A DNA stretch of 62,888 bases, from the NCBI RefSeq assembly GCF_001194135.2, contig NC_068990.1, forward strand, positions 55,101,470 to 55,164,357, read 5' to 3'. Every line of letters starts with the position of its first letter. Positions within the stretch are counted from its first letter, which is position 1. The notes under the pieces were generated by a model. It was not told the DNA's origin, did not search any database, and saw nothing but the letters and a program-made list of their open reading frames with translations. Below, one piece after another: positions 11,952 to 26,065 of the stretch. Source of the DNA: Octopus bimaculoides (taxonomy: Eukaryota). A program made the translations under genes and the position numbers.

Positions 11952-14900
11952 CTGAAACTAGAAAAGAAAAAGTAATGTTAAAATTAAAATTGAATTTTGG
12001 ATTCTTTTGATTTCAGACCAGCATTTAAAGATTGAAAGAATATTGACAGTAGCTAAAATAAGTTTCCAAATGTTTCAGGTATAATTAAATTTAAACTTGT
12101 TTGGGCAAATGTCATCTGTTGTAACCCCAGGCTGACTAGTGCCCTGTGAGTCAATTTGGTAGATGGAAACAGTATGAAACTTGGTACATACATACATATG
12201 TTTGTACATACATACATATGTTTGTACATACATACATATGTTTGTACATACATACATACATACATGCAGATATAAATATCTATTTGAAAACCAAAGAAAA
12301 AGAAGACATCTATGCTGCTTCAAAACCTCCAGCTTCACATTCATACCAATAATAATTGGAACACTAGGTTTTGTTAGTAAATGCTTAATGGAGAATCTGG
12401 ATAAACTGGGATTTTCAGAAAGAGAAATTGACTGGTTGATTCATACAAGTCCAATCTGTGAGTGGAACAGTAAGAATTTGCAAGACTTTTCTCAAGTTCC
12501 AAATGTGAATTTATTTGTGTTAACAACATCCCAAAGATGAAGCCTTGTATTTTTGTTGGAAACCAGGTTCTTCCTCAGTGGAAGATTTATAATAATTAAA
12601 GAATAGAAGAGACAAACAAGTACAGACAAATGGTTTAAGTCGATTATATCGACCCCAGTGCATAACTGATACTTATTTAATTGACCCCGAAAGGATGAAA
12701 GGCAAAGTCGACCTTGGCAGAATTTGAACTCAGAATGTGAGCGTCAGACGAAATACCGCTAAGCATTTCACCCGGCATGCTAACATTTCTGCCAGCTCAC
12801 TGCCTTCACACACAACAAGCTTCTTTCAGTTTCTGTTTATCAAATCTACTCACAAGGCTTTGGTCAGCATGAGGCTATAGTACAAGACACTTGCCTAAGA
12901 TGTCACACAATGGTATTGAACCTGGAACTATGTAATTGGGAAGCAAACTTCTTACCACACAACCATGCCTATTCAATTTTTGTATCTTTTACTTCATCAT
13001 AACACAAATCAAATACTTATTTCATCATTTACTATGAAACACATACTCACTCACCTTTTCCTCTCCCTAAGCCAATTTCCTCACACACAGAGAGACAGAC
13101 TGAGCCAATTAATTTATATATATATATGTAGTGGACCTTGCATGCATGAAGTGGATTCGATCCACTATAGCCAAATTTAAATCAACACTGCAACAGAACT
13201 TTTCCCACAGTGGAACAATAGTTTTTCTCTGACAGCAGTTTAATATTTTCCAGATGCCTTTAGCTAGGCCGAAACAATGTCTTCACCACTTGACCCTTTC
13301 TAACCTCTCCTACATCACGAAAATCTAGAATAAAGATAGCAGGACCACCAACTGAATCCATTGTTCTCAATAATATATCTATCCTTCTGGACTGTTATAA
13401 AAGCAAGGAAATCCCAAGAAAAATTTAGTTTAGTCACCAGTCGGTGACGACTCAACCAGTCCAGTCACATGGTGTCGACTCAGTGACAACGAAGTCTGGC
13501 TGACCAGCTAGAACCTTGGCCAGAGGGAGAAAAGAAGATTACAACCAGCCAACTATAAGACACAACGTCCCACACTATACAACTTTGACTAGCTCACTTG
13601 CTTTTCTCTGTAACATTACCCTATCTTTATCTATTTACTACCACAAAATCGTGTACACACATATACAGGCCGAAATTGACTTTCTTCAGCTTGCATGCTT
13701 TACGAACTGTGTTACACTATTACTCTAACCTACGCGTCGTGGTATGGCATTTATTAAAGTAACGGTAAATAAATATTTATTTACAACTTCGATCACTCTT
13801 CATCGTTCATCTTATAACCTGTCACAATCGAAAACTACACCAAATTATCAAAACATACAACCGTTACATATATATAAAACAGAGTTTGTGTGTGCATGTG
13901 TCTGTGTGTGGTGCATATGTTCCTTATGGATTTGAAAACTGAGTTGCCAATTTTGATGTATGAGGTATCAAAAGATTCAGTAATCTTTCTGCTACCAAAT
14001 GAAGTATGTTTTTTGCATAAATCTTTTTTTACTACGAAAATAACCTCCAAAATGAGGTTGGATCGCACAAATTTTGAGGTCATTTTTAGCAATATTTGGA
14101 TTTGCTTCTAATCTATGTTACCAATTTTAATGTTTTCAGTGTAAAAAAATGTAGCAATGTACAAAAGAGTGTTATGAGTGCATTTGTGATGCACAAAACC
14201 CTTTTTGTCAATGTAAAATGACCAAAAAAAACATGCTTTTTTTAGAACAATTATTGGCACATTTTCCATCAATAATGGCATTTGTGCCACAACTAAACTG
14301 CCAACGTGAACATCTTCAGTATTCCATGATTAAACAATGTCTTTGAAGTATTGTGATACCATTTCTTTGCACAAAGCCCTACTTTTCAACAGAAAATCAA
14401 CTAATGAACTGTGTTTCTGGCATAATTGTGATCGCTTCTGGTATAATTGTGATCACTTCTGGCATTACTACCAAAAACAATTTGTCCCTGTAGATTTTCT
14501 TGGTAGCAAATGACTCAGGAATGCCAAACGAGCATTCTCAGGTTTAAATTCATTAAAATTTCCCCAAGGATCAAGCACAATAAGAGCCTATATTTGTTCG
14601 AGTGTGGTAAAGACATGAAGCAATGACTAAAACCTTTTGAGCTTTTTTACAGTTAACATTTTTCTCTTTACTTAAACCAACTTATGCAAAGTTGCTTATC
14701 GTTATTAGTCTATATTCATGCCTATTATTCATTCCATAGGTTGCAAAGTTCATAAAGATTTTGCTACAATCTCCCTATTTTTCAGTGACTGAGCATGTAC
14801 TATAATGCAGCTGGTGTCATGGAAAACAAATGTCTGACCTGATAACTTCAGCAAAGACAACAACAACACTGCACATCTATGTGAGGGTAAGTTAAGGTCA

Positions 14901-17900
14901 CATACACACAAGTCTGCCCACAGTGTTTATCCCTTCATTGGTCAGTTTACCGATTGGTACAATTTCAAATCAATTTTTCATTATCAGAAATATGTACTGC
15001 AATACCAGTTGGTCGTGGTGTTACTGTTATCAATGACTTGGGCAATGCTAGAGTGCATTGTATGTGGTGCGTACATTCCACTTGAAGTCAAAAATTGAAT
15101 ATGTAATATATATATATATATACACACATAATACAATATGGCTGTAGGTCATAACACCCAGGCAATGCCAGGGTGCATTGCTAGTGATATAATATTTGAA
15201 GGATCTACTTACTTTGTCAATTTGAAAGAAAATTCTCTTTGAATCAGTTGTGCTCTCGTTTTCAAAATTGAGGCTGAATTTACCACTTTCATGAATCCAG
15301 TTTCTTATTTGTTGAAACTGCATGGAGTGGAAAACTTGCTGGAAAAGCAAACAAACAAACAGTGAATTAGTTTTATATTATGTAGAATGTTAGTAAAATC
15401 AGAAATACTTACACTCTAGGACTTTGGAAAATAACAACTATGACAGGTGCAGGTATGACTGTAGTAAGAAGTTTTGTACCACAGTGTGGCATCTTGGGCA
15501 AGTGTTTCTACTCTAGCTCTTGGCTGACCAAAGTCTTGTAAGTGGATTTGGTAGAGGGGAAACTAAAAGGACTCTTTCTACGTGTGTGTGTGTGTGTGTT
15601 TTACAGTAACACACTCTTGATTTCACATTACATTATATTTGTAAATGAGTATCACCTTCATGCAAGTGATGTCCTTTGTTTCCAATCTTTCATGGAAATA
15701 TGTCTGGTAATGGGGAAAATTAACCTACTTCAAAACCAGTGAGAGTTAGCAACAGGAAAGGCATCTGGCCTTAGAAAAATCAGCCTCATCAAATTCTGCC
15801 TACCAATGCAAGCATGGAAAAGTAGATGTTAAAATGATAATGTTGATAATTGTGTTTCTTCTGGGTTTTTATATTCTTAGTTCAAATTACATTGGGGCCA
15901 ACTTTGTCTTTTATCAACATGAAGTTGATAAAACAAAGTACAAGTCCAGAACTGGGGTTGTTAGTATAAACTAATGCAGTGATTCTCAACTGGGGTCCAT
16001 ATGGCCCTTGGGGGCCCAAATAAGATTTTTGGGAGTCCATGTAACAAAACAGTAAATTAGAAACCCACAGTAGTATTATAAGGGCCCCTGAAAAAAGTGT
16101 TTTAGGTATACATACTAGTGTATATTGCAAGAAATAGCTAGGTTTCTTTCTCTAACATTTTACATAGTTCAACCTACACTAGTTAATGGGTGAAAAACAG
16201 AAAAGGAATTTTGAAAAAAAGTTTCTATAAGACTAGTTTTTAAACATTGAATGGCTATGGTGGTCCACCAAAATAATACAGAAATCAAAGAGGTCCATAG
16301 ATAAAAAATGGTTGAAAACCCCTGAACTAATGCTTTAATGCCCTCCCCTCAAAATTGCTTGTACTTAGATTGGTTTCAAATTTTGGCACAAGGCCATCAA
16401 TTTGGGGAGAGAGCATGAGTCTGTTATATTGATTCCAATGCTAAACTGTTACTTGTTTTATAGATCCTGAAAGGTTGAAAAGCAAAGTTGTTTTTACATT
16501 TTGAGTTCAAATTTTGCCAAGGTCGACTTTGCCTTTCATCCTTTTGGGGGTCAATAAATATATACCATTTGCATACTGGGGTCGATCTAATCGACTGGCC
16601 CCCTCCCAAAAAATTTCAGGCCTTGTGCCTAGAGTAGAAAAAAATATTGTGGTTTTAGTTCCTGGGTTGGGTGATGCATTGTTTCCAGTGTCAATGAAAT
16701 GAAGCATTAGTCAAATATTCATCCAAATTTTTTACTTTGTCTTACTTTAACAGTTCTTATTAAGCATTGAACTGTCAGAATCATTAGCATGTTGAACAAA
16801 ATGTTTAGTAGCATTTCTTCTGACTCTTTATATTCTGAGTTCAAATTCTGTGAAAGTCAACTTTGTCTAAGTACCAGTTAAGCACTAGGGTTGATGCAAT
16901 GGACTAGCCCCTTCCCACAAAATTTCAGGCCTTGTGCCTATTGTAGAAAGAATCATTAAGCAAGTGTTTGGCACACAGTAAAACTTAACAAAATGTTTTT
17001 AAATAAAATAAGGATGAAATATTTTAATTTAAATATGAAACATGAGGCAATTTGTATCCTAGAACCAGAAGTATCCCAAGCAGCTTGGTATCAAAAGGAT
17101 TTTATGCAACATTCATTGTAACCCCACAAAAGCCCCCAATTTTCCAAATGACACTATAGTCACTGCAGTCATTTTCATACACAATTTTTATCACATAGCA
17201 GAACTGTTATCTTTTTATTCCTTATATGGGCATCTCAGTAATGATAAATCAATGAAGTAGTCTCTACATGGTCATGTCACATGAGTTAACAGTATGACAC
17301 TAAGTATGGTATGATGCTCTGCTGCTTATCTTCGGGTTACTAAGATAAATACCAAACTTAAAAATCAAATGACTGAAGCAAATAAAAGAATAAAAGGTGG
17401 GGGCCTGAAGTCTCTGAAAATCGAGTATTGTTTCTACAATAATCAAATGACTACCTTTGTAAGTTCTAGATAATTCTTATAGAATCCCAAAACATCTTTA
17501 CAGAAATTTATTACCTTATTATATTTACAAAAATTACCTTTGTTGTTGGATCCATGATTAAAACTTCAGTTCGGTTGACAGCAAGTTGTAAAGAATTTGG
17601 GTTTTCAGGCATCTATGATAGTGAAAAGATAAAAGCAGTAAAATAAAGTGATTATTATCCTATCTCTATTATAAAGTGACTTCAAAAGATATTTTGTACA
17701 ATCACAATAACAGGTTCAACATATATAGCAGGATAGGCAGTGTATCTGATATCTTTGATTAAAAAAAAAAAAAAATCTATATGCATATATTATTGATTAT
17801 GTCATTAATTACGGATTCTGGGGGAAACTTTTATAATAGCAAAATTTAGATGGGTATTATTGATATTGAATACTTGCAGTATAATAGCAAAGTTGAAAAG

Positions 17901-19316
17901 CAAAAAAAAATTTTTTTTTTTCTTTATCATAAGTATAATGAATTCTGTTTCTCATGCAATGAATATATAGTGGTATTTGTAGGCCATTGTTTATTTTTAT
18001 CTCTTACCTGAATTTCAAAAAATACTGAACCGTAAGTTCGGAAGCCTTTTGTAATGTTCACAAATGCAACCTTTGCTTCTGATTTAGTATATGTTTTCAT
18101 GCTTTGCAGCTCACCATAGATTTCCTGTACAAAACAGAATATTTTTATTTATCATTACACCAAAATCTCTCTGGAACTCTTAAGCAACTAGCACCCGAGA
18201 AAAACAAGAAAATGTGTTGTTAATTGGAGTCAAACAAATTTGCGCTTATTTATGCTAATTAATCTTATAATAATTCTGCTTGTCATTCTGTTACTTAGCC
18301 CATTGGTAACACTTTCGCATGATAAGAGAAGAAGAGGAATAAAGAGAACAAGGGGACATAAAAAGATGGAGAGAGAAAAAGTCGGAGAGAGAAAAAGATG
18401 GAAAGAGAAGAAGACAGAGAGTGAAGCATTCATGACGTGAGATAGAGGGAACATGACTATTACTTTCATATGATTATTTGAAGGGAAAGAGAGTACAAGA
18501 GGGAAATAGAAAAAGGAGAGAGAAAAAGAGGATAAGGCAAACAGTGAGACAGAAAGGGGGAGAAAGAAAAAGAAGAAGAGAGTAAAAGACAGGGAGAGAA
18601 GCGTCCATGATGTGAAGTAGGGGGAATGTAATATCTATTACATGGTTAAAAAGCTGAAGGTAGTGATATACAGGAGGAGAGTTAAAAATATAATTTTAGC
18701 ATAAGGGTGATGTTCTGATGGAGAGGTTAAAGAAAAGCAAAGAGGGGAGAGAGAGAGAGATGATGATGATGAGAGAGAGGGGGAGAGAGAGATGACGGTG
18801 GTGGTGGTGGTGGATTTGGTGGTGGTGAGTGAATAATGAAAAGTGTATTTTTTTTAGTTCAACTAATTTTTTTTTTATATCACCTATCACTTAATGTATG
18901 TGCATATGTGCAATTCCATGAAATATTCACACTTATTTACATGCAAGATATGTGCAATTATTTTTCATTAAAAATTTTAATTTTCTGTTCTCCCTGTTAC
19001 AGTTGAAGACAGCACAGCTAGGGGACTGTGAAGTCTTGTACAAAGTTGTTATAAAATGCAGATGAAAAAGTGGAAAACAGGACTTTTCTTAAAAAACAAA
19101 AAAGGAAAGACAAGNNNNNNNNNNNNNNNNNNNNNNNNNNNNNNNNNNNNNNNNNNNNNNNNNNNNNNNNNNNNNNNNNNNNNNNNNNNNNNNNNNNNNT
19201 AAAGAGTAGCGCTTTATTGAAAAAAATAATCAAAAGAAAGTATTACCCTCATCCAGTTCTCTTTTGTCATGAGTGGTATGAATTTCTCTGGTATTATGAC
19301 TTCCCTTAAAGCAGAA

Positions 19317-19348
<32 letters not shown>

Positions 19349-22300
19349 TGATAATAATGATAAGCAGAATCTTTGTCTAACACCAGATCAATCCCAAAAT
19401 CTAATCAGTTCATGCCAGTCGCAAGGGCAAATATCCCTAAAAGTTTCATCCAAATCCATCCAGCAGTTCTTGAGATATCTTGTCCACAATCAAACAAACA
19501 AACACAACTGAAAACAATACTTTTACCTTCGTTAAGGCAGAGATAATAATAATGGTTTCAAATTTTGCCACAAGGGCAGCAGTTTTATGGGGGAGGGGAT
19601 GAGTCGATCATATCAATCCCAGTGTTCAGCTGGTACTTATTTTATCAACCCCAAAAGGATGAAAGGCAAAGTTGACCTTGGCGAAATTTGAATTCAGAAT
19701 GTAATGACAGATGAAACATTGCTAAGCATTTTGCCTGGTGTGCTAACAATTCTACCAGCTCACTGCCTTAATAATATTATTACTACTACTAATGATAATA
19801 ATAATGATAGAAAGAAGCATTGATCTCTTAAATTTCTTATTCCATGTCACTTCCAGCCAAATTTATTTGATGCTCTCATCTAACCACCATTGATACTATA
19901 TCCAACTTTCCATTCTGAACCACATTTGCTCTTTATGCACTGGCTCTTAATAACTCAAACTGAACATATGTAATACTAACTTAAACTAGTTCTTCTTAAT
20001 AGCTCCCAACTATAATTTATAAAAAGAAAAAATGCAGTGAGTTGAAAATATATGTAAAAAATATGGCAACGGAAATTAAATGGAGAATAAACCAAAAGAT
20101 AGGTAAATAGTGATGTCTTGAAAGTGAGGCTTATAGAAAGATGAATGTCTGTTGGAGCATCTGATCTCTGCCTACTCAATATAACGTAATTCCCAGCTTC
20201 CTGTTGCCCAGTCCCAACCCCTGAAACTCCTGACCACAAACCACTCATATTTTTTTTTCCAGACATCAGCCTAAAAGTGTTCAGTCCCACCAGTCTGCAA
20301 GGGGCCTTCAAACATTATGGCCATTGTCCCTCATTATTTGACTGTCTGATTTAAAAATGCATATTTTCAGCTATATACATAAAAAATGTTGTCAAAAACC
20401 TCAACCACAGTACAGAAAATAAAACCACAGTATATAAAATAACATTGCATAATATTAAAATAACATTACAGTACAAAAAAATATCATCGTAAATATCACC
20501 ACAGCACAAAAAAGATCACCAGCATACAGAAAATATCACTACAGTACAGAAAACATTATCACAGTACAGAAAATGTCACTATAGTATACGAAACATCACA
20601 GTGCAGAGAACATCACCCAATACAGAAACCCTCATTACAGTAGAGAAAACATCACCACATTGTAGAAAACATTATCACAGTAGAGAGAACATCACAATAT
20701 AGAAAATATTGCCATAGTACAAAGAACATCACAGTACAGAAAACATCACCACAGTACAGAAACTACCATTAAAATATCATCATAATACAAAATAATATTA
20801 TCACACTTGAAAAAAGAAAAAAAAAATCATTGGAATGTTTAAAAGTATGACCCAAGTTACCTGAAATTTGTATTATCTAACTCTGTGTTCTCATGAGTTG
20901 CTTTGAAAATTAAGGCAGACAGTTTTACAGCAGTAGCTAGCGGACAGTCATGGAAACCAGCAACATAATTTGGAAGGTCCTATTAAAAAAAATAAATACA
21001 AAGACATAATAGAAATAAAATGGACATGTCTTGCATTAAGACTTATAGATTACTTGATTAGACTTAAAAATTATTGAGGCAGAGGAAGAATTTTTTGTTT
21101 TAATTTTCTATTTTACTGGTTTAGATGCAGGCATGGTTGTGTGGTATGAAGTTTGTTTCCCAATGACATGATTCCAAGTTCAGTTCAACTAACCAAAGCC
21201 TTGTGAGTGTGTTTGGTAGATGGAAACCCTTTGTATATATGTGAGTGTGTGGATGTTTGTGTCCCTTGGTCTTGATATCGCATGAGTGTTGTAAAATGAC
21301 TGTCACTGTCATAAGTAGTATCATTCATTTCCAATATTCTGCAAGATCATATCTAGCCATAGGGAAGTATTATCTTCCATTGAAACAGGTGAATGTTGGC
21401 AACAGGAAAGGCATTCAGCTGCAGAAAAATTCTGCCTCAATACCATGCAATAATATCCAATGCATGCAAGCATGGAAAATTTGATGTTAAAATGATGATG
21501 ACGATTTGCAGACATTTGTACATTTCTGAACAATACTAGCAACAGGAGTGAATTGTCTGTAGCCATTCATTAAAAATTATTAAAAGAAATAACATTCAGA
21601 ATTTTTCATTGTTGGTTCCCTGATTTCTAAATCAAAATCAGAAGAGCCTTTACGAGTTAACTCATTAGCATTTATACTGACCGTATCTGGCCAAAATACT
21701 TAGCTTGTTTTATGTTAAAATTGACCGGATCTGGCCTCTCATATCTACTCAACAATATGATTCTTAAATAAACAATCACATCATCCTTAACATTATTATT
21801 GTTATTAATGAAATTAATTTAATGGAGAGTACTATGCCAATTTGCTGAGGTAGCTATGAAAGGCTATCAAGACCAAATGCCCAAGAAAACTGATGAAAGG
21901 GGTCTTGTTTCATCAGAACAATGCTCCAGCACACAAGTCCTTGGTTTCAATGGCTGCTGTGTGTGACTGTGGCTTTGAACTGGTTGATCATCCTCCCTAT
22001 TCTCCTGATTGGGCCACATCCGACTATTATCTGTTCCCCAACATGAAAAAACATTTGGTTGGGAACCTGTATTGCAATGATGATGACGTCATATCTGCTG
22101 TTGATGACTATTTTGACTGACAGGATGAAAGCTGCTTCACTAATGGGATCCAAGCACTGCAACACCGATGGAAGAAGTGTGTGGACAGCAAGGGGGACTA
22201 TGTGGAAAAATAAACCTCATTTGGTCATATTCCATAAGAGTATCTTGGTCAGCCTATGAACTTTCCCTCTAACTTTTGTATTTAAAAGACATGTTATATC

Positions 22301-25300
22301 ATATAACCAAACTTTTTTCATGGAATGTTTTTGGAGAAATATAAAACGCAAACTAATTTCTCATTACTGGCTTCAGGTTCAAAGGGGAGTAACTAGAATT
22401 TAATGACGCATGCTAACAGAATTAGGAGAAATATGAAACTTACTATAAGATAGACCACTCTTCACACTTTGATATATAATACATACTCTCATCATCACCA
22501 ATTTACCATTCACTCTTCCATACTAGTATGGGTCAGATGGAGTTTACTGAGTCAAATTTTCTTCAGCAACTTGTACCTGTTTCCAAGCAAGGTAATATTT
22601 CCCATGGCTGGACATTCACAGAATATTGGAAATGAATGACACCACCTATATGACTGGGACACTCATTGGCATCTGTCATGCAATGTCAAGACATATAATC
22701 AGGCACGCACACACACACGCACACACACACACGCACACACACACACACACAATAGGTTTCTTTCTGTTTCTGTATGCCAAATCCACTCACAAGGCTTTGG
22801 TCAGTCTGGAACTACAGTAAAAGATACTTGCCCAAGGGGAATGAACCTGGAACCATGTAGTTGAGAAGCAAACTTCTTACCCAAAAGCCATTCCATCATG
22901 TATGATATATGTTGTATATATTAAACACACACACACACACACACACAAACACACACACTGTATTGAACTATATTCATATATATGTACACACAATATTAGG
23001 CCTACAAATTCTAAATTGTTATGCCTTTATTATATAAATATTCTTTGCTGAACTATTCATTGTTATACTTAAATTCTCAGCTTTATGAATTATATATATG
23101 CATGAATTTAGAAAAAGAGTTTCACTGGTTTCCACTTTACTAATGTTTCTTCCTTAACTTTAACAGTATAGTATATGATCAGTGGTGTGGCAGACTGTTT
23201 TTGACAGGGTAAAAATGATCAACTTTTTGATTTAATTCTTTCACTCTACTGACTTAAAACCCAACCCATTTTATGCTCAAACTGGCCACATCTACTCCAC
23301 TGCAATGTCATTCTAAAAATTAACAATCACATCATCAAAATATTGAAGCTACAAGATAATGTGGGATTAATTGAAAGCTATGTGAATAAATAAGTATTAT
23401 ATTTAACAGAATAATCTAAATGCTAAAGGGTTGAACATCTCCAACTCCTACGACCAAAGCAACATTTCTTTTCCTCTCTTCCTCACTCAGGTGAAGCTCT
23501 TCACTCCTCACAGTACTGAACTTCTCAAGTTTTTCTATAGACCCTTCTGTGGCAGTTGTATTATATAACTTGCATCAGACACAACAAGAGCAGTTAGCAA
23601 AAACCTCACCTGATGATAGCTGAACATTTCATCAGCCACCAAGTCTTCCTTTACATCATCCAACGCCCAAAGTTTTTTCATGAATTGAAATTTATATGCT
23701 GAAACATTTAAAAACATACGTTTATTTTTTTGGCAGCAATCTAAAAATAATTTTAAAGGAAAAAGTTCCTGTGTTCATAATGTGTATATTGGTGTGGTAC
23801 AAACAAAGTTGGTGTGTTGAACAAAAATACCTTATGGTATTTAGCTACATCTGAGTTGTGTTATTTTACACCAGTCATGGGCAAGTGGAGGCACACGGCG
23901 TAGTGGTTAGGGTGTTGGACTCATGATTGTAAGATTGTGGTTTCAATTTCTAGACTAGGCAACACATTGTGTTCTTGAGCAAAACACTTCATTTCATGTT
24001 GCTTCAGTCCATCTAACTGGCAAAAATGAGTAATCCTGTGACAGGCTGGAGTCACATCCAGGTGGGAGATATATATATGCCATAAAAACCAGGAAACCAG
24101 CCCTATGAGTCTATATGACTCAGGAAAGAACTAAGGAACTAGTCATGGGCAAACTGGAGCCCATCAGACTTCTTGAATGGCACACCTAACACACATAATG
24201 AATAATTACCTTGAATTTCTTTTAGTAGCATGGTCTACCTGATGATGAGTCATGCCTCATGTGGCCTGCTTCCCACAAAAGGTTACCATGCCTGCTTTAT
24301 TTCAAGGCTGAGTAGCCTTTTGGCCCTTATGAGATCAACGAAATAAGCACCAGATAAATTACAAGGGTTGCGGTAATGTAGTTCACTAAAACATTGAAGG
24401 CAGTACCCCAGTGTGACAACAGTTCAATGACTAAAACCAGTTGAAGACTAAAATAATATCTTGGGCAAAATTTTGTTAGGGATATGAATTTAAAAATCGG
24501 GATTACAATCGGCTGATCATGAATTCAAAGCTTGTGTCAACTATTTTGGTTTGGCTCTTAGGAAAGACAGTTACTACTATTCTCAGTTTTTGCTTGAGTT
24601 GTTGGTTTAAATACAATCCATAAAAGGTACCTACTCTTAATCACAAGAAAATATTCATTTAACAAGGTACCATCCATTTTAAAGAAAGAATCCCTACATT
24701 CATAATACATGTGTATCGGAGTGCAATGAATTAGTTGTTACACTGAATAATAAAACTGACTTAGAGTAGTCTGAGTTATGTCCCTTTACACCAAAATCGC
24801 CTTCTGACGTTTTTGTGTCAGGATGTGCAAACATAAACATTTACCAAAGTTGGAAATTGGAGAATATGAGTATTTTTTTTTTTTTTTTGATATGTTATGA
24901 TATGATACACGTGTGAACTTGTTTCTATCTCTCTATCATCCTTTATCTTCTCATAGTATTGAGGTAGGTGGCTTTATGTCACCTTCCTCAACACTACACC
25001 TCCTTCAGTTAAGGAGTCTTGTCATGTGAGTTATTTGGTTATCACACTGAGGGCAATGTTATATATAAAAAAGGGAACCCAGTATACTCTGGAACATTTC
25101 AGCTTAGTACAGTCCTCTAGCTTGCCAGCTCCTATCAAGTTGTCCAATCTGTGCCAGTATGGAAAAATGAGTTTTAAATGGTGATGATATATATATATAT
25201 ACACACACACATATATATATATATATCATCATCATCATCATCATCATCATCGTTTAATGTCCGCTTTCCATGCTAGCATGGGTTGGACGACTTGACTGAG

Positions 25301-25626
25301 GACTGGTGAAACCGGATGGCAACACCAGGCTCCAATCTAAATTTGGCAGAGTTTCTACAGCTGGATGCCCTTCCTAACGCCAACCACTCTTGCACAATGC
25401 GTCTCCATCTTTCCTTTAACTTGAAAATACCCTCTTCCCAGAATAGAGGTGGTTTCATGGCAAATAAGTCGAAAAGTAAGCTACTATAAATCAGCNNNNN
25501 NNNNNNNNNNNNNNNNNNNNNNNNNNNNNNNNNNNNNNNNNNNNNNNNNNNNNNNNNNNNNNNNNNNNNNNNNNNNNNNNNNNNNNNNNNNNNNNNNNNN
25601 NNNNNNNNNNNNNNNNNATATATATA

Positions 25627-25685
<59 letters not shown>

Positions 25686-26031
25686 ATTAAGATTTAGTAG
25701 AATTAGGTACATAAATTGAGGCACCAAGCCAGTTTGGTATAGTCCACGCAGCTCGAAGTTAGGTGAATAAAAAGAAAATAAGTAACATGGATGTCCAGGT
25801 ATCAATGCATTACGGCCATTTCATGCAACTCCATTTAATCAATCAATGCAAACATTACACAATTTGAAAGAAACCACTCTCCTCAAGTGCAGACGGACAT
25901 ATGGATTTCCAATATAAAGGATCAACCATTTTTTAGCACAATTTACATCAGTACTAGAAACCAAAACACTTACATTGCTTCCCTTTGCTATGCTTGTGAC
26001 AGAATCTGCCACAAGCATGTGTTTGTGTGAG

Positions 26032-26065
<34 letters not shown>

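Noticed and set aside
18230-18890. ORFs resembling signal/TM or Lys/Glu-rich peptides
   Set aside because: GA-rich low-complexity intronic sequence.
18990-19065. Plus-strand acceptor followed by [20 protein letters not shown]
   Set aside because: Single short frame with no partner exons or recognisable homology, and adjacent to a gap.
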